Position numbers and translations under genes: made by a program. Below, in pieces: positions 47,648-61,170 of a DNA stretch of 64,000 nucleotides. The stretch is from Macrostomum lignano (Eukaryota): NCBI GenBank assembly GCA_002269645.1, contig NIVC01000581.1:124001-188000 (forward strand), given 5' to 3'. Positions within the stretch are counted from its first letter, which is position 1, and each line of letters opens with the position of its first letter. Under the pieces are notes generated by a model that did no database searches, was not told the DNA's origin, and saw only the letters and a program-made list of their open reading frames with translations.

Positions 47648-47849
47648 GGCAGATCGGGGCGGCTGCTGCGGGCAGGGAAGTTCAGTGCCGCAATAATCAA
47701 AGGCGGGCTTGAGAGGCTGCCAGCAGAAAGCGAAATTTAAATTCGAAATTTAATTAGGCCATAATTTTATTGTTTACGTAGCGAAAAATTCTGTCACTTT
47801 CACTTTCCAAAAATTTACCTGATCAAAATTGCGAGCTTGTAACGTTTTG

Positions 47850-48120
47850 GGTTAGTGAAGATAAAGACCTCTATGCATTAAAGGTTAGTGAAGATAAAGA
47901 CCTCCATGCATTAAAGGTTAGTGAAGATAAAGACCTCCATGCATTAAAGGTTAGTGAAGATAAAGACCTCCATGCATTAAAGGTTAGTGAAGATAAAGAC
48001 CTCCATGCATTAAAGGTTAGTGAAGATAAAGACCTCCATGCATTAAAGGTTAGTGAAGATAAAGACCTCCATGCATTAAAGGTTAGTGAAAATAAAGACC
48101 TTAATGCATTAAAGGTTAGT
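47850..48120. repeat. 33-bp array (GGTTAGTGAAGATAAAGACCTCCATGCATTAAA)
   Basis: About 8 units. Confidence 0.95.
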
Positions 48121-48216
48121 AAAATTTTGGTAAATCATCAGAGAATATTTCCTAGCTTGTCACCTACAGCTGTTTGAATAAAAAACGCAAGAATCATATG
48201 AAAAAGCATTATTATA

Positions 48217-48994
48217 CGAGGGGTGTCCCAAAAGCAGTGTCACTTCTCACTACATCTCTCGTGCTGCTGATCCAAATAACATCATTTTGCACAGATTTAT
48301 AGCGGCAACTCTCTTCTTCATATTAATTTTAACATCATTAAAAACAGACAATGGAAACAAAAGTTATGAACCAAAATGTAGCAGGAACTCGACCATAGAC
48401 TTACAGCAAGTAAGCAAGTTAACAAAAATTCGAAGTGGTAGCTCACAAACAGGTAACAGGCTGCAGTGAATGCTGCAAAATGACTGCGGTGAATGACTGC
48501 GATAGACCTATGAGCCGATGAAAGTTGAGCATGAATCTCGGCTCGACTGTGCCCCGTCCCCAAAAGGGTGTATAACACACTCCTCTGAGCAACACTTGAA
48601 TGCACATCCCTGACTTTTAGCGCAGCAGAAGGAGGGAACAAAAAGCAATAAAGCTGAAGCCCAGTTTGAAATATTCTGTTGCTTTAAAAGCTATATGCTT
48701 CTCCAAGTTTTTCCATAGACATCTCTTTGTCACAGCAGCCTAACAAAGAAGTCTGAGTGCATTCAATCAAAACTTTCGCTACTTTCCGCTATCTTGTCGA
48801 ATTACTGTAAGTCTATGGTCGAGTTCCTGCTACATTTTAGTTCATAACTTTTGGTTCCATTGTCTGTTTTTAATGATATTAAAGTTAATATAAAGAAGAG
48901 AGTTGCCGCTACAAATCTGTGCAAAATGATGTTATTTGGATCAGCAGAACGAGAGATACAGTGAAAAGCAACACCACTTTTGGGGCACCCCTCG
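48217..48994. mobile_element. 778-bp Tc1/mariner-type non-autonomous element (MITE) with 190-bp inverted arms
   Basis: Arms 48217-48406 and 48805-48994, 15 mismatches in 190; termini CGAGGGGTG; TA duplication at 48215-48216 and 48995-48996; no transposase ORF. Confidence 0.9.
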
Positions 48995-49012
48995 TAGCAA
49001 CAATATTATATA

Positions 49013-49018
49013 TTTATT
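49013..49018 (-). terminator. Candidate AATAAA of PPIL2
   Basis: About 140 nt after the stop and 17 nt from the MITE target site. Confidence 0.6.
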
Positions 49019-49159
49019 GCGTGCTTGCTCAGTTTAAGCTTGAGGCAAAAATTTCGCACAGCACAAATACAGCTGGAGCAGAGGAGTGAGTTGGTCAGGG
49101 CCACGCAGCATCAAGAGCAAGCAAATCAGAGTTTCTTAGAAACGCAGAACTGGTGGCCA

Positions 49160-52100
49160 TCACCAGCCGCTGAAGTCGCTCAGCTGGCTCGTGTCCTTCA
49201 CAGAGCGGGGCTTCTTGGGCGGCCCCGAATCCGGCTGAGCCTGCGGGACTTGCCGCTTGCCCTGCTGCTGCTTCTGCAGCTGGCGCAGGTTGAGGAACTG
49301 CCCGACGCCGGTGCCGAAGGCCTTCTTCGGCTGCGAGGTCACCGCGGGAGTCGCCGAGGTGGTGGCGGCGGACTGCGAGGAAGCGGGAGCGGCTGCAGAG
49401 GCGATAGCGGCCCGCTCAGAGGCCAGAGCTGCGTCCACCTGCTCGAAGGGGTCCACGAACACCTGCGAATATCGGCGTGGTGCGGGGGGCGGGGTGAGGA
49501 GACTCCAGCCACAACCGCCTTTACTTACTGATTTCACAGTTTGCGCCCTCAGAACAGATTCAGCAAAAATATCACAAGTAACCAAAATAAAGCTGGCATT
49601 TCACTGAGCTCTGCAGCCAAGAATACAAGTACATCCGCACTCAGTGACCTGAGCTCTGCAGCCAAGAATACAAGTACATCCGCACTCAGTGACCCGAGCT
49701 CTGCAGCCAAGAATACAAGTACATCCGCACTCAGTGACCTGAGCTCTGCAGCCAAGAATACAAGTACATCCGCACTCAGTGACCCGAGCTCTGCAGCCAA
49801 GAATACAAGTACATCCGCACTCACTGACCCGAGCTCTGCAGCCAAGAATACAAGTACATCCGCACTCAGTGACCTGAGCTCTGCAGCCAAGAATACAAGT
49901 ACATCCGCACTCAGTGACCTGAGCTCTGCAGCCAAGAATACAAGTACATCCGCACTCAGTGACCCGAGCTCTGCAGCCAAGAATACAAGTACATCCGCAC
50001 TCACTGACCCGAGCTCTGCAGCCAAGAATACAAGTACATCCGCACTCAGTGACCTGAGCTCTGCAGCCAAGAATACAAGTACATCCGCACTCAGTGACCT
50101 GAGCTCTGCAGCCAAGAATACAAGTACATCCGCACTCAGTGACCCGAGCTCTGCAGCCAAGAATACAAGTACATCCGCACTCACTGACCCGAGCTCTGCA
50201 GCCAAGAATACAAGTACATCCGCACTCAGTGACCTGAGCTCTGCAGCCAAGAATATAAGTACATCCGCACTCAGTGACCTGAGCTCTGCAGCCAAGAATA
50301 CAAGTACATCCGCACTCAGTGACCTGAGCTCTGCAGCCAAGAATACAAGTACATCCGCACTCAGTGACCTGAGCTCTGCAGCCAAGAATACAAGTACATC
50401 CGCACTCAGTGACCTGATTTCTGCAGCCAAGAATACAAGTACATCCGCACTCAGTGACCTGAGCTCTGCAGCCAAGAATACAAGTACATCCGCACTCAGT
50501 GACCTTTGCTCTGCAGCAAAGAATAAAAGTACATCCGCAATGTAATTAATTAACAATTTCATTCTGACGTGTTGGGGGGTTGTCGCTGACTATTGACTGG
50601 CTAGATATTAAACTGACTCACTTTGTGCCCTACTTACCCTGCATAGCGTCCACCCCACTCATGCGTACATCAATGCGCACATAGCGTACTTTCAAATCTA
50701 ACTTTTATCAATAACTCAAATATCGTTTTATACCACTACGTATTTAAATAACTGAATCTAGCTTTTCTTTGTTGTAATATTTACTCAGCAAATATATCAG
50801 TTCGCTGCATTATTGTTCAAATTAAACAAGCCTTGTCTGCGTCGCGTCACATCCTGCAGCCAAATCACTGAACTCTGCAGCCAAGAATAAAAGTACATCC
50901 GCACTCAGTGACTCGAACTCTGCATCCAGGAATAAAAGTACATCCGCACTCAGTGACTGAGCTCTTCAGCCAAGAATAAAAGCTTACCTGGGCACTGAGA
51001 ATTCGCACGTCCTCAATCGGCCGGTCATTCTTGTCAACCTCAACGGTCTCGATTCGGTCCAGCGTGTCCGAGCCGCCGACCAGTCGGCCGAACACGGTGT
51101 GCCGCCTGTCCAGATGCCGACAGGACCTGTAGGTGATGAAGAACTGGCTGCGGTTCGAGTTCGGGCCCGAGTTCGCCATGCTCAGCACGCCGCGGCTGTC
51201 GTGATTGAGAAACGGGCGCAGCTCGTCGCGGATGGAGCCGCCCCAGGCGCTCTCACCGCCCGAGCCCGTGCCGGTGGGGTCGCCGCCCTGCAGCACGAAA
51301 TGGCGCACGGATCTGGGAGTGACAGTCCGGGAGTGACGGAGTGGCATGAATTTCAAGTCGTGACGCTTTTAGAATTAATCTGATCGAATCTTCACCAGAT
51401 AAGTTTTTATCCGGGTGTCCAAGACTGAGATTTGAGCTCGCGATAGGCCAGAGCCGCTGAGCCAGGACCTCAGCCACGGACACACGGATTCAAAGTTCTA
51501 TCAAATGATCAGTACGCCGCACTTTTGCGCGCACACTCGAGATCTGCTTCAAATTCATTTTTTTCAACTCGTTAGTAGGCCGGGCTATTTTTAATATGCG
51601 ACTGACACAATAATTCATCTTATTAAAGTCTTCACAATAAATGAAGCCCGCAAGTCTCACCTATGAAACACGGTGCCATTGTAGTAACCCTTGCGGCACA
51701 GAAGGATGAAATTCTCGCAAGTCTTCGGACAGTGCTCGCAGTCCAGCTCCAGGTTCAGCTGGCCGAAGTTGGTCTCCAGGCGGACGTAGCCTTTTGTTTT
51801 GACCCGGGGGTACCTCACCTGGTCGTCATCGAGCCTGGCCGCTTCCAGGTGGGTCACTCGGTCCATTGTGGTGGAGGTGAAGCTAGCCGCCGCTGCGCCA
51901 GTTGAGTAATGAGCTGCATTGATGGTGTCATCTGCCTGCGGGAGGTCGGATTGAACTCACTGCTCAGCATGTCGCACTCAGCCCCTTGAACTCTGTATCC
52001 CATCTAAATCCCATCTGCTTGACCTCACATCCCCGTCCCACCGTCGCCTCACCTTCCTCCGCAGGCCGGCGCCCTCGGCAACATCGGGGCCGCGGAGCGC

Positions 52101-53495
52101 CTCCCGGTTGGCTTTGGAGTTGGCGGCCGCATCGGCTCGAATTTTGGCCACAGAAGCCAGGGCCTCGCGGGCCTCCTGAGACGCCACCCGAGCCGACTGG
52201 CCGCCGCTGCCGTCGTCCAGCTTGACTCGGTTCTTGACGTGGTAGAAGTTGGTGATGTCCCGCTTGTCAAAGTTCATGGGATCCTGGATGGTGATGATGT
52301 CGGAGCGGGCGAACGGCTTGCCGTCCAGCAGGTCCTGCCAGTTTCCCGGCTTCACGTTCAGCTGGTCGACCGCGTCCTGGCGACGGAGCAGAAATCCAGG
52401 CTTTGTGCTTATGGTGCGGTGAGGGCCAGCCTAGCAGCAACTTATTCAGCTTTTCTTGCCAATCTGCCATGTGTCCAACCCAAACTGTCATGTGTCCATC
52501 ACAATCTGCCATCTGTCTATACCAATCTGCCATTTGTCCATCTCAATCTGCCATCTGTCCAGCAATATCTGCCATCTGTCCATCCCAATCTGCCATCTGT
52601 CTATACCAATCTGCCATGTGTCCATCCCAATCTGCCATGTGTCCAGCCCAATCTGCCATCTGTCCAGCAATATCTGCCATCTGTCCATCCCAATCTGCCA
52701 TCTGTCTATACCAATCTGCCATGTGTCCATCCCAATCTGCCATGTGTCCATCCTAATCTGCCATCTGTCTATCCCAATCTGCCATGTGTCCAGCCCAATC
52801 TGCCATCTGTCCATCCCAATCTGCCATCTGTCCAGCCCAATCTGCCATCTGTCCAGCCATATCTGCCATCTGTCCATCCCAATCTGCCATCTGTCTATAC
52901 CAATCTGCCATCTGTCCATGACAATCTTCCATCTGTTTAGATTCATCTTTCAAATATCTTTCACGATATTTAACGTCCAATTCTATTCCACATCACTCTA
53001 AACCCAACTGTCGCCTCTATCCCAAATATTATTAACTGCCGCCAGCCAATATTCCCAATGTCATTGACTACCGCCTGTATCCTGAACTGCGGTCATCGCC
53101 ACAAGACTCACCTTAGAGTAAACATTGCCGGAGGTCGTTATGGCAACGATATGGCTGCTGGGCGTGAAGACCTTGTAGGTGACGGGACAGAAGTAGCGGC
53201 CCTCCGCGTTCTTGTGGAAGTGCAGCTCCACCAGGTCGCGCCGGGTCATCTTCTCGCCCGTGACGGGGCTGACGCCGAACTGCTTGAGAAAGTCCTGAAT
53301 GTTCTTCAGGTCGAACACCACGCCATCTCGCGTGCACAGCGGCGTCGTGAACGGCTGCAGGCTGAGGGCGCAGAAGTCAAACGGCAGGCGCTTCAGCACG
53401 GTCTGGGCGGGCCGGCCGGTCTTGCCGCCGAAGTCCTCCGCCCACTCGGTGGGTCGGATGTGCAAAGTGTCCTTGGAGTGCTGCTTCTTGCCCAT
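49160..53495 (-). CDS. PPIL2: U-box plus cyclophilin protein PPIL2/Cyp60; 5 exons, about 536 aa
   Basis: Exons 53495-53112, 52376-52053, 51935-51661, 51312-50988 and 49462-49160. Motifs MGKKQHSKD, KRLPFDFCALSLQPF, CPVTYKVF, NAAHYSTG, TCENFI.LC.KGYY, QGGDPTGTG.GGES, SMANSGPN.N.SQFFIT, VFVDPF, C-terminal FSGW. Confidence 0.95.
49605..50980. repeat. 45-bp array, about 21 copies plus 3 diverged copies beyond a unique spacer of about 320 bp, PPIL2 intron 4
   Basis: GAGCTCTGCAGCCAAGAATACAAGTACATCCGCACTCAGTGACCT; the outermost copy abuts the exon-4 donor. Confidence 0.95.
52460..52930. repeat. 21-bp array (CCAATCTGCCATCTGTCCATC), PPIL2 intron 1
   Basis: About 22 units. Confidence 0.95.
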
Positions 53496-53524
53496 TGCTG
53501 CTGCGGGGTGGCAAGGCTGGCTGT

Positions 53525-53735
53525 AAGCTGGCCAATCAGAGCGGGCTGTGACTGACTGGCCAATCAGAGTGGGGTGTGACTGGCTGGCCGAGCAGAGTGG
53601 GGTCTGACTGGCTGGCCAATCAGAGTGGAATGGGACTGGCTGACCAATCAAAGTGGAGTGGGACTGGCTGGCGGGGTGTGACTGGCTGGCCAATCAGAGT
53701 GGGGTCTGACTGGCTGGCCAATTAGAGCGGGGTCG
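53525..53735. repeat. 28-bp array carrying GGCCAATCAGAG (NF-Y-type CCAAT box) directly 5' of PPIL2
   Basis: About 7 units. Confidence 0.85.
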
Positions 53736-53852
53736 GACTGACCCCACCACAATCGGAGTGAGGGCAGGTCAATAAAAGTTGGCGGTCTAAATGTTCCACC
53801 AGATTTTTTAAAATAAAAACAAGCCCCGACGTGCTGTGGTACAAGGAAAAAA

Positions 53853-53858
53853 TTTATT
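53853..53858 (-). terminator. Candidate AATAAA of PDCD6
   Basis: TTTATT on the plus strand. Confidence 0.55.
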
Positions 53859-54411
53859 GACAAATATTAAATATGTATATTGCTCAAGCGGACACAGACC
53901 CGTACAAAGCGAGTTGCCATTGAAAAAAACTTTAAAGCCGCATAAAACACGATGCCTTAAACGGAAAACTACGGTATATATGAATCAGTTGGCAAAAAGC
54001 AGGTATAGCGATCAGATTACTGAATTAATATTTGTAATTGCTGAGTACAGCTGGCTTATTGCAACAGAAAAAACACAACTGCGCGTCAGTAACTGAAGCA
54101 TTGGAAATATACAGTACTAATTACTGGCTTAACCCAGACTTCAGTAAGCAGTCATGATTTATGGGAGTTCAATAAACATAAAATTCAAAACCAATCACAA
54201 AGATCTCTATGGGGCATCGAAAACCTCATCTGCATTTGGTGCGGATGCACAATTCGATTCGCCAAGATCCCCTACTTGTTCACAGCGGTGTTGAGCACAC
54301 TGCTCAGGAAGGTCTCACAGCTGATGCAGATCCCCGAACCCAGATCCCCTACTTGTTCACAGCGGTGTTGAGCACACTGCTCAGGAAGGTCTCACAGCTG
54401 ATGCAGATCCC

Positions 54412-56250
<1,839 letters not shown>

Positions 56251-56269
56251 GAATCCGACTCTTCCCCGG

Positions 56270-56850
56270 CACCCACCTGCAATTAGACTCACTGAAACTG
56301 GCACCCACCTGCAATTAGACTCACTGAAACTGGCACCCACCTGCAATTAGACTCACTGAAACCGGCACCCACCTGCAATTAGACTCACTGAAACTGGCAC
56401 CCACCTGCAATTAGACTCACTGAAACTGGCACCCACCTGCAATTAGACTCACTGAAACTGGCACCCACCTGCAATTAGACTCACTGAAACTGGCACCCAC
56501 CTGCAATTAGACTCACTGAAACTGGCACCCACCTGCAATTAGACTCACTGAAACTGGCACCCACCTGCAATTAGACTCACTGAAACTGGCACCCACCTGC
56601 AATTAGACTCACTGAAACTGGCACCCACCTGCAATTAGACTCACTGAAACTGGCACCCACCTGCAATTAGACTCACTGAAACTGGCATCCACCTGCAATT
56701 AGACTCACTGAAACTGGCACCCACCTGCAATTAGACTCACTGAAACTGGCACCCACCTGCAATTAGACTCACTGAAACTGGCACCCACCTGCAATTAGAC
56801 TCACTGAAACTGGCACCCACCTGCAATTAGACTCACTGAAACTGGCATCC
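56270..56850. repeat. 32-bp array (CACCCACCTGCAATTAGACTCACTGAAACTGG)
   Basis: About 18 near-identical units. Confidence 0.95.
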
Positions 56851-56932
56851 ACCTACAACAACACAAACAATGGCCCGAAAGCAGGCAACCAAGAGGCGAA
56901 GCTGAGATGCTGGAGACAGCAAAATCGCGCCA

Positions 56933-56938
56933 TTTATT
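56933..56938 (-). terminator. Candidate distal AATAAA of the zinc-finger gene
   Basis: TTTATT on the plus strand; another at 57044-57049. Confidence 0.45.
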
Positions 56939-57764
56939 GCATTATTGACAACAATTAGATAAAGAGAGCCAGAGGCTACACAGTGCTTTCAGAGTTATTC
57001 TTATTGCTAGGAGAAATTACAGCCACCAAAATTAATTATCCTATTTATTAATGACTAACAATAATCATAATTATCAACTATCAAGAACTGAGGAAAGACA
57101 AAACAGACAAGATATGCAACGCTGCTACAAAATTAGAACAGAAGTGTCACTAGTCGATGGAAACAGGGCTACGGACCAACACAGTAGAATATAAGTAACT
57201 GGCTGGCGGATACAAGCATGCCCGGCACTGAACGGGTGCTCATACTCATAATGCCAAATAAAATTTCACTAAAATTCACTAAAATTAAGAACTATAAGTT
57301 AAAAACAATGGGAAAAATTCATGCTACACCTGATAATTTTTATGTTAACATTAAAAAACCACAATGAAGACCTGATTAACAGAGTAATTTAAAACAACAG
57401 ACAGTAACTAAATAATCAAAAGTACATCAGCCAAGCCTCATCATCAAGAATCTGTGACGCCACAACAGTTATAATAAGAACAAAGCAAACGGGCAGTGCG
57501 AAAAGAAAAAAGCTGTGACAGCAAAGCATAAAGCAGAGCAAGCTTTGATTAGCAAAACAAGCTGCAATTTAAAAACAGCTGACTACTAACGGTCTTAATA
57601 GGCTAGTAGTACAGCAGGGCACGCCAGTCTACACTGTATTAATAAACAGAATAAACAGAGGCAAATAGTAACACCAGAAGTCAGTGATGCCAGCAGCATG
57701 ATCAAGACTGGTGGGAATAAACATCTGATGCACACAGGTAATAAATACTAAATAGCGCTAACAA

Positions 57765-58560
57765 GATGGCCAGGGTGAGCCACTCCCCTATTCAGTAAAC
57801 ACTAAATAGCACTAACTATGATAGATGGCCAGGGTGAGCCACTCCCCTATTCAGTAAACACTAAATAGCACTAACTATGATAGATGGCCAGGGTGAGCCA
57901 CTCCCCTATTCAGTAAACACTAAATAGCACTAACTATGATAGATGGCCAGGGTGAGCCCACTCCCCTATTCAGTAAACACTAAATAGCACTAACTATGAT
58001 AGATGGCCAGGGTGAGCCACTCCCCCATTCAGTAAACTAAATAGCACTAACTATGATAGATGGCCAGGGTGAGCCCACTCCCCTATTCAGTAAACACTAA
58101 ATAGCACTAACTATGATAGATGGCCAGGGTGAGCCACTCCCCTATTCAGTAAACACTAAATAGCACTAACTATGATATATGGCCAGGGTGAGCCCACTCC
58201 CCTATTCAGTAAATACTAAATAGCACTAACTATGATAGATGGCCAGGGTGAGCCACTCCCCTATTCAGTAAACTAAATAGCACTAACTATGATAGATGGC
58301 CAGGGTGAGCCACTCCCCTATTCAGTAAACTAAATAGCACTAACTATGATAGATGGCCAGGGTGAGCCCACTCCCCTATTCAGTAAACTAAATAGCACTA
58401 ACTATGATAGATGGCCAGGGTGAGCCACTCCCCTATTCAGTAAACTAAATAGCACTAACTATGATAGATGGCCAGGGTGAGCCCACTCCCCTATTCAGTA
58501 AACTAAATAGCACTAACTATGATAGATGGCCAGGGTGAGCCCACTCCCCTATTCAGTAAA
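57765..58560. repeat. 58-60-bp array (GATAGATGGCCAGGGTGAGCC...CTAAATAGCACTAACTAT)
   Basis: About 13 units with small indel variants. Confidence 0.95.
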
Positions 58561-58807
58561 AATATGAAAATTGCTACTCGGAGGAAAAAATCATTAATTT
58601 AACTATCAAAAATTGAATATTGAATATAATGAATGAAAACTCAGACATAAGGTTCCATGAATTCTTTGGAACAAGCATTTTGCAGGACTAACAATTTAGA
58701 ATGGACTGGAAGCGACAGACGGCTTCCAATCCATAGGATTCAGGTGTCCATGGGAATAACTGCACAGGAACTCGAACACGAAACCATCCCGGGGCCAACA
58801 CAGGCCC

Positions 58808-60688
58808 TCAGCCCCACACCATGAGGGCGGACTCGCCCGAGGCGGTGATCCGCCGGGCCATCAGGCGGCAGGCGTGGATGGAGAAGTCCGGATCGCCCAG
58901 TCGGCGGGCCAGGGCCGGGCAGCAGGGAGCCGCATCTGGCGGCAGCAGCTTCCGCTCCCATGGCAGCTCGAAGGGGTTCCGGCTGAGATCGGTGGCCGGA
59001 AGAAATGAGAGAGCGGCAGAAGCTGGCACCGGAGGCCCAGCGCTAAGGGGAGCAGCCAAGTGGTCGGCAGAGCTGAGCTCAGCAAAGCAGGAGTTCACCC
59101 GCCTGATGGAAGTCGCTGGAGGGCCGCAGGCGGCAGCAGAAGCAGCAGCAGGCAGCAGAACTTTGCGTTTCTTGCCGCCATGCTTGCCGCGATACACAAT
59201 TCTGGCGGTCTTGAACACGGGCCTGGGGGTCCAGCACAGGTAAACTGGCGGTCTGGGCGCCACAGCCTCAACGGGAGTAGCGGAGCCGCAATCGGTAGGC
59301 GAGTCTACCATTGACTGGGGGCTGCTGCTGCTGCTACTGGTGCCCGAGTGGCTATCGTTGCCATTGGTAACGCAGGCCGCCATGGGGCTGGGCGTTGTGG
59401 CTCGTGAGATTCCATTGCTTGCCCGTTCAACCTTGGCTGCGTGAAATCGCTGCACGTGACGCTTCGGCGATGAGGTGCCGGAGAAAGCTTCGTCGCAATT
59501 ATCGCATTCCATTCGCTTTCTTTTTGCAGTATTTTCTGACTCAGGCTTGCGAGACTTCAAACAAGGCAACTGAGGATTGGCATTTTTCTTACAAGCAGCT
59601 ATGGGGACAGGAGCAGACTGCTTTTTCCCGGCCTTGCCTGAGCCTGCGTTTGACTTTCTTCTAATAAACTCGTCAAATTCGATTTCCACTTTACTAGCGG
59701 ACTGGCTGGTTGCATCTCCGCTAAACTGCTCTGCCTCCGCTGTGTTTGATCGCTGGCGCCTGTCGGACTGGAATTTCTTTGAAACGTGGGCGCGCAATTT
59801 TTTTGCTTGACTACCAGCGCCGGCTTTCGCCTTCTTGCCAATAAAGAGTTTAACTTTCTCTCCGATCTCGGGCTTGTCTTTATGATGTCTGCGGTTGTGG
59901 CGATACAGTGACGACTTGGTAGCGAAGGAGCGCCTGCACAATACGCAGCTCGCCGAGCCGGGCACATTAACCTCGCCGTTGGATTTCTCAGAGGCAGATT
60001 TGACAGCCGATTGTGTCTCTGACGGAGCAGAGGCCGGAACACTGCTTGTCTCGGAGCACACTGGAACTGTGGCGGATGCAGTTCTCTGAAAACTTTTGCT
60101 ACCTTCAGTCTTGCTCTGGCTGGCAGCGCCAACGCAGCCTCGCTGAAGGTGCCGAAGCAGAACAACTTGGTGGCGAAACGACTTCGAGCAATGGCGGCAA
60201 GATGAAGGCTCCGGCTTGCCATTTCTGTTAGCGCAGCTCACCTTACTGTCTTTCACCTCTCTTACTGAAGGTAAGCCATTCAGTTGCCTCCTGCTTGGCA
60301 GTTTTGCAGACAGCACTTTGGCTGCTCCGTTTGCTGCAGAATTCTTTTTCTCACCATGAGTATTTTTACGCGGCTTCGGGCCCCGCTTCTTCGCTGGACT
60401 TGACTGGAAGACAGCCTGCCTCCCAGCATCTCCCTCATCTTTGCCGCTACTGTTGGAAATACTTCCAGCAGGGACCTGCACACCGTTTACGAGCCCAGCA
60501 GATGGAGCTTTCAGCTTCTTGGTTCTCGCCGCAACCTTTTGCTGCCTGCAGTGACAGACCATGTGAGTGCTGAGGCGCTGGCTGCTGAGAAACACCTTGC
60601 GGCACAGGCGGCAACTGGGACTGCGGTTTGCCGTTTTCGTCTCAGGTCGCCCACCAGCACCCGCTCTTAGCTGCCTTCGATCTTTCAT
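58808..60688 (-). CDS. C2H2/C2HC zinc-finger protein with four widely spaced fingers, about 626 aa (3' end may splice onward)
   Basis: Long non-repetitive ORF with CRLCRKVF..HMVCH, CRHCSKSF..HLQRGC, CVLCRRSF..HNRRH and CDNCDEAF..HVQRFH. First ATG 52 nt after the acceptor at 60741-60742. A possible extra exon follows ATG|GTGTGG near 58822. Confidence 0.75.
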   Translation of the reverse strand: MKDRRQLRAGAGGRPETKTANRSPSCRLCRKVFLSSQRLSTHMVCHCRQQKVAARTKKLKAPSAGLVNGVQVPAGSISNSSGKDEGDAGRQAVFQSSPAKKRGPKPRKNTHGEKKNSAANGAAKVLSAKLPSRRQLNGLPSVREVKDSKVSCANRNGKPEPSSCRHCSKSFRHQVVLLRHLQRGCVGAASQSKTEGSKSFQRTASATVPVCSETSSVPASAPSETQSAVKSASEKSNGEVNVPGSASCVLCRRSFATKSSLYRHNRRHHKDKPEIGEKVKLFIGKKAKAGAGSQAKKLRAHVSKKFQSDRRQRSNTAEAEQFSGDATSQSASKVEIEFDEFIRRKSNAGSGKAGKKQSAPVPIAACKKNANPQLPCLKSRKPESENTAKRKRMECDNCDEAFSGTSSPKRHVQRFHAAKVERASNGISRATTPSPMAACVTNGNDSHSGTSSSSSSPQSMVDSPTDCGSATPVEAVAPRPPVYLCWTPRPVFKTARIVYRGKHGGKKRKVLLPAAASAAACGPPATSIRRVNSCFAELSSADHLAAPLSAGPPVPASAALSFLPATDLSRNPFELPWERKLLPPDAAPCCPALARRLGDPDFSIHACRLMARRITASGESALMVWG

Positions 60689-61170
60689 ATCTAGATTAAG
60701 AAGACTCAAATCGGAATCAGCATACCACAGTGCTGTGCACCTGAAATACACATTAGTCATTATGAGCTTACTTGGGCAATTTCCAAATGTATTTAAAATT
60801 TCAAAATCTATTTTAAGCTTTATAAATATAAAAAAACGGTTACTTCTAGACTAAGGAGGCCTTGGTACATAAGCTAAACAAACATGGGAAGCTAAACAAG
60901 ACAAGACTAGGCAAATAGGCACGGCACCTAAGTTTGACAAATAAAGAGACAATTTGCGGCTTTCAATTGTGAACAAACAAATGCAACTTTGATGCTACTG
61001 TGTATTTCCATATAACCAGAGTTGAACTCGCACACAAAAGAGCCGATCTAACGGAACCAGTGATGAACAAGGAAAGCAATAGAAGAATAGAATTAGCAAA
61101 ACCAAAACTGAAACCAAGCTGACCATGGAAACTCAATCCACGCACAGGTCAGATTGGCAGAATCGGCAGC

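Noticed and set aside
49541-50562. SSAAKNTSTSALSDL / SLSADVLVFLAAELR ORFs
   Set aside because: Lie wholly within PPIL2 intron 4, whose flanking exons join in phase
50545-50860. Transposon insertion splitting the 45-bp array
   Set aside because: No TIR or TSD found; may be ordinary intron sequence
53496-53693. N-terminal extension of PPIL2 (MASQSHPASQ...) in the ORF track
   Set aside because: It is the translated 28-bp CCAAT array; the conserved start is MGKKQH at 53495, just after a splice acceptor
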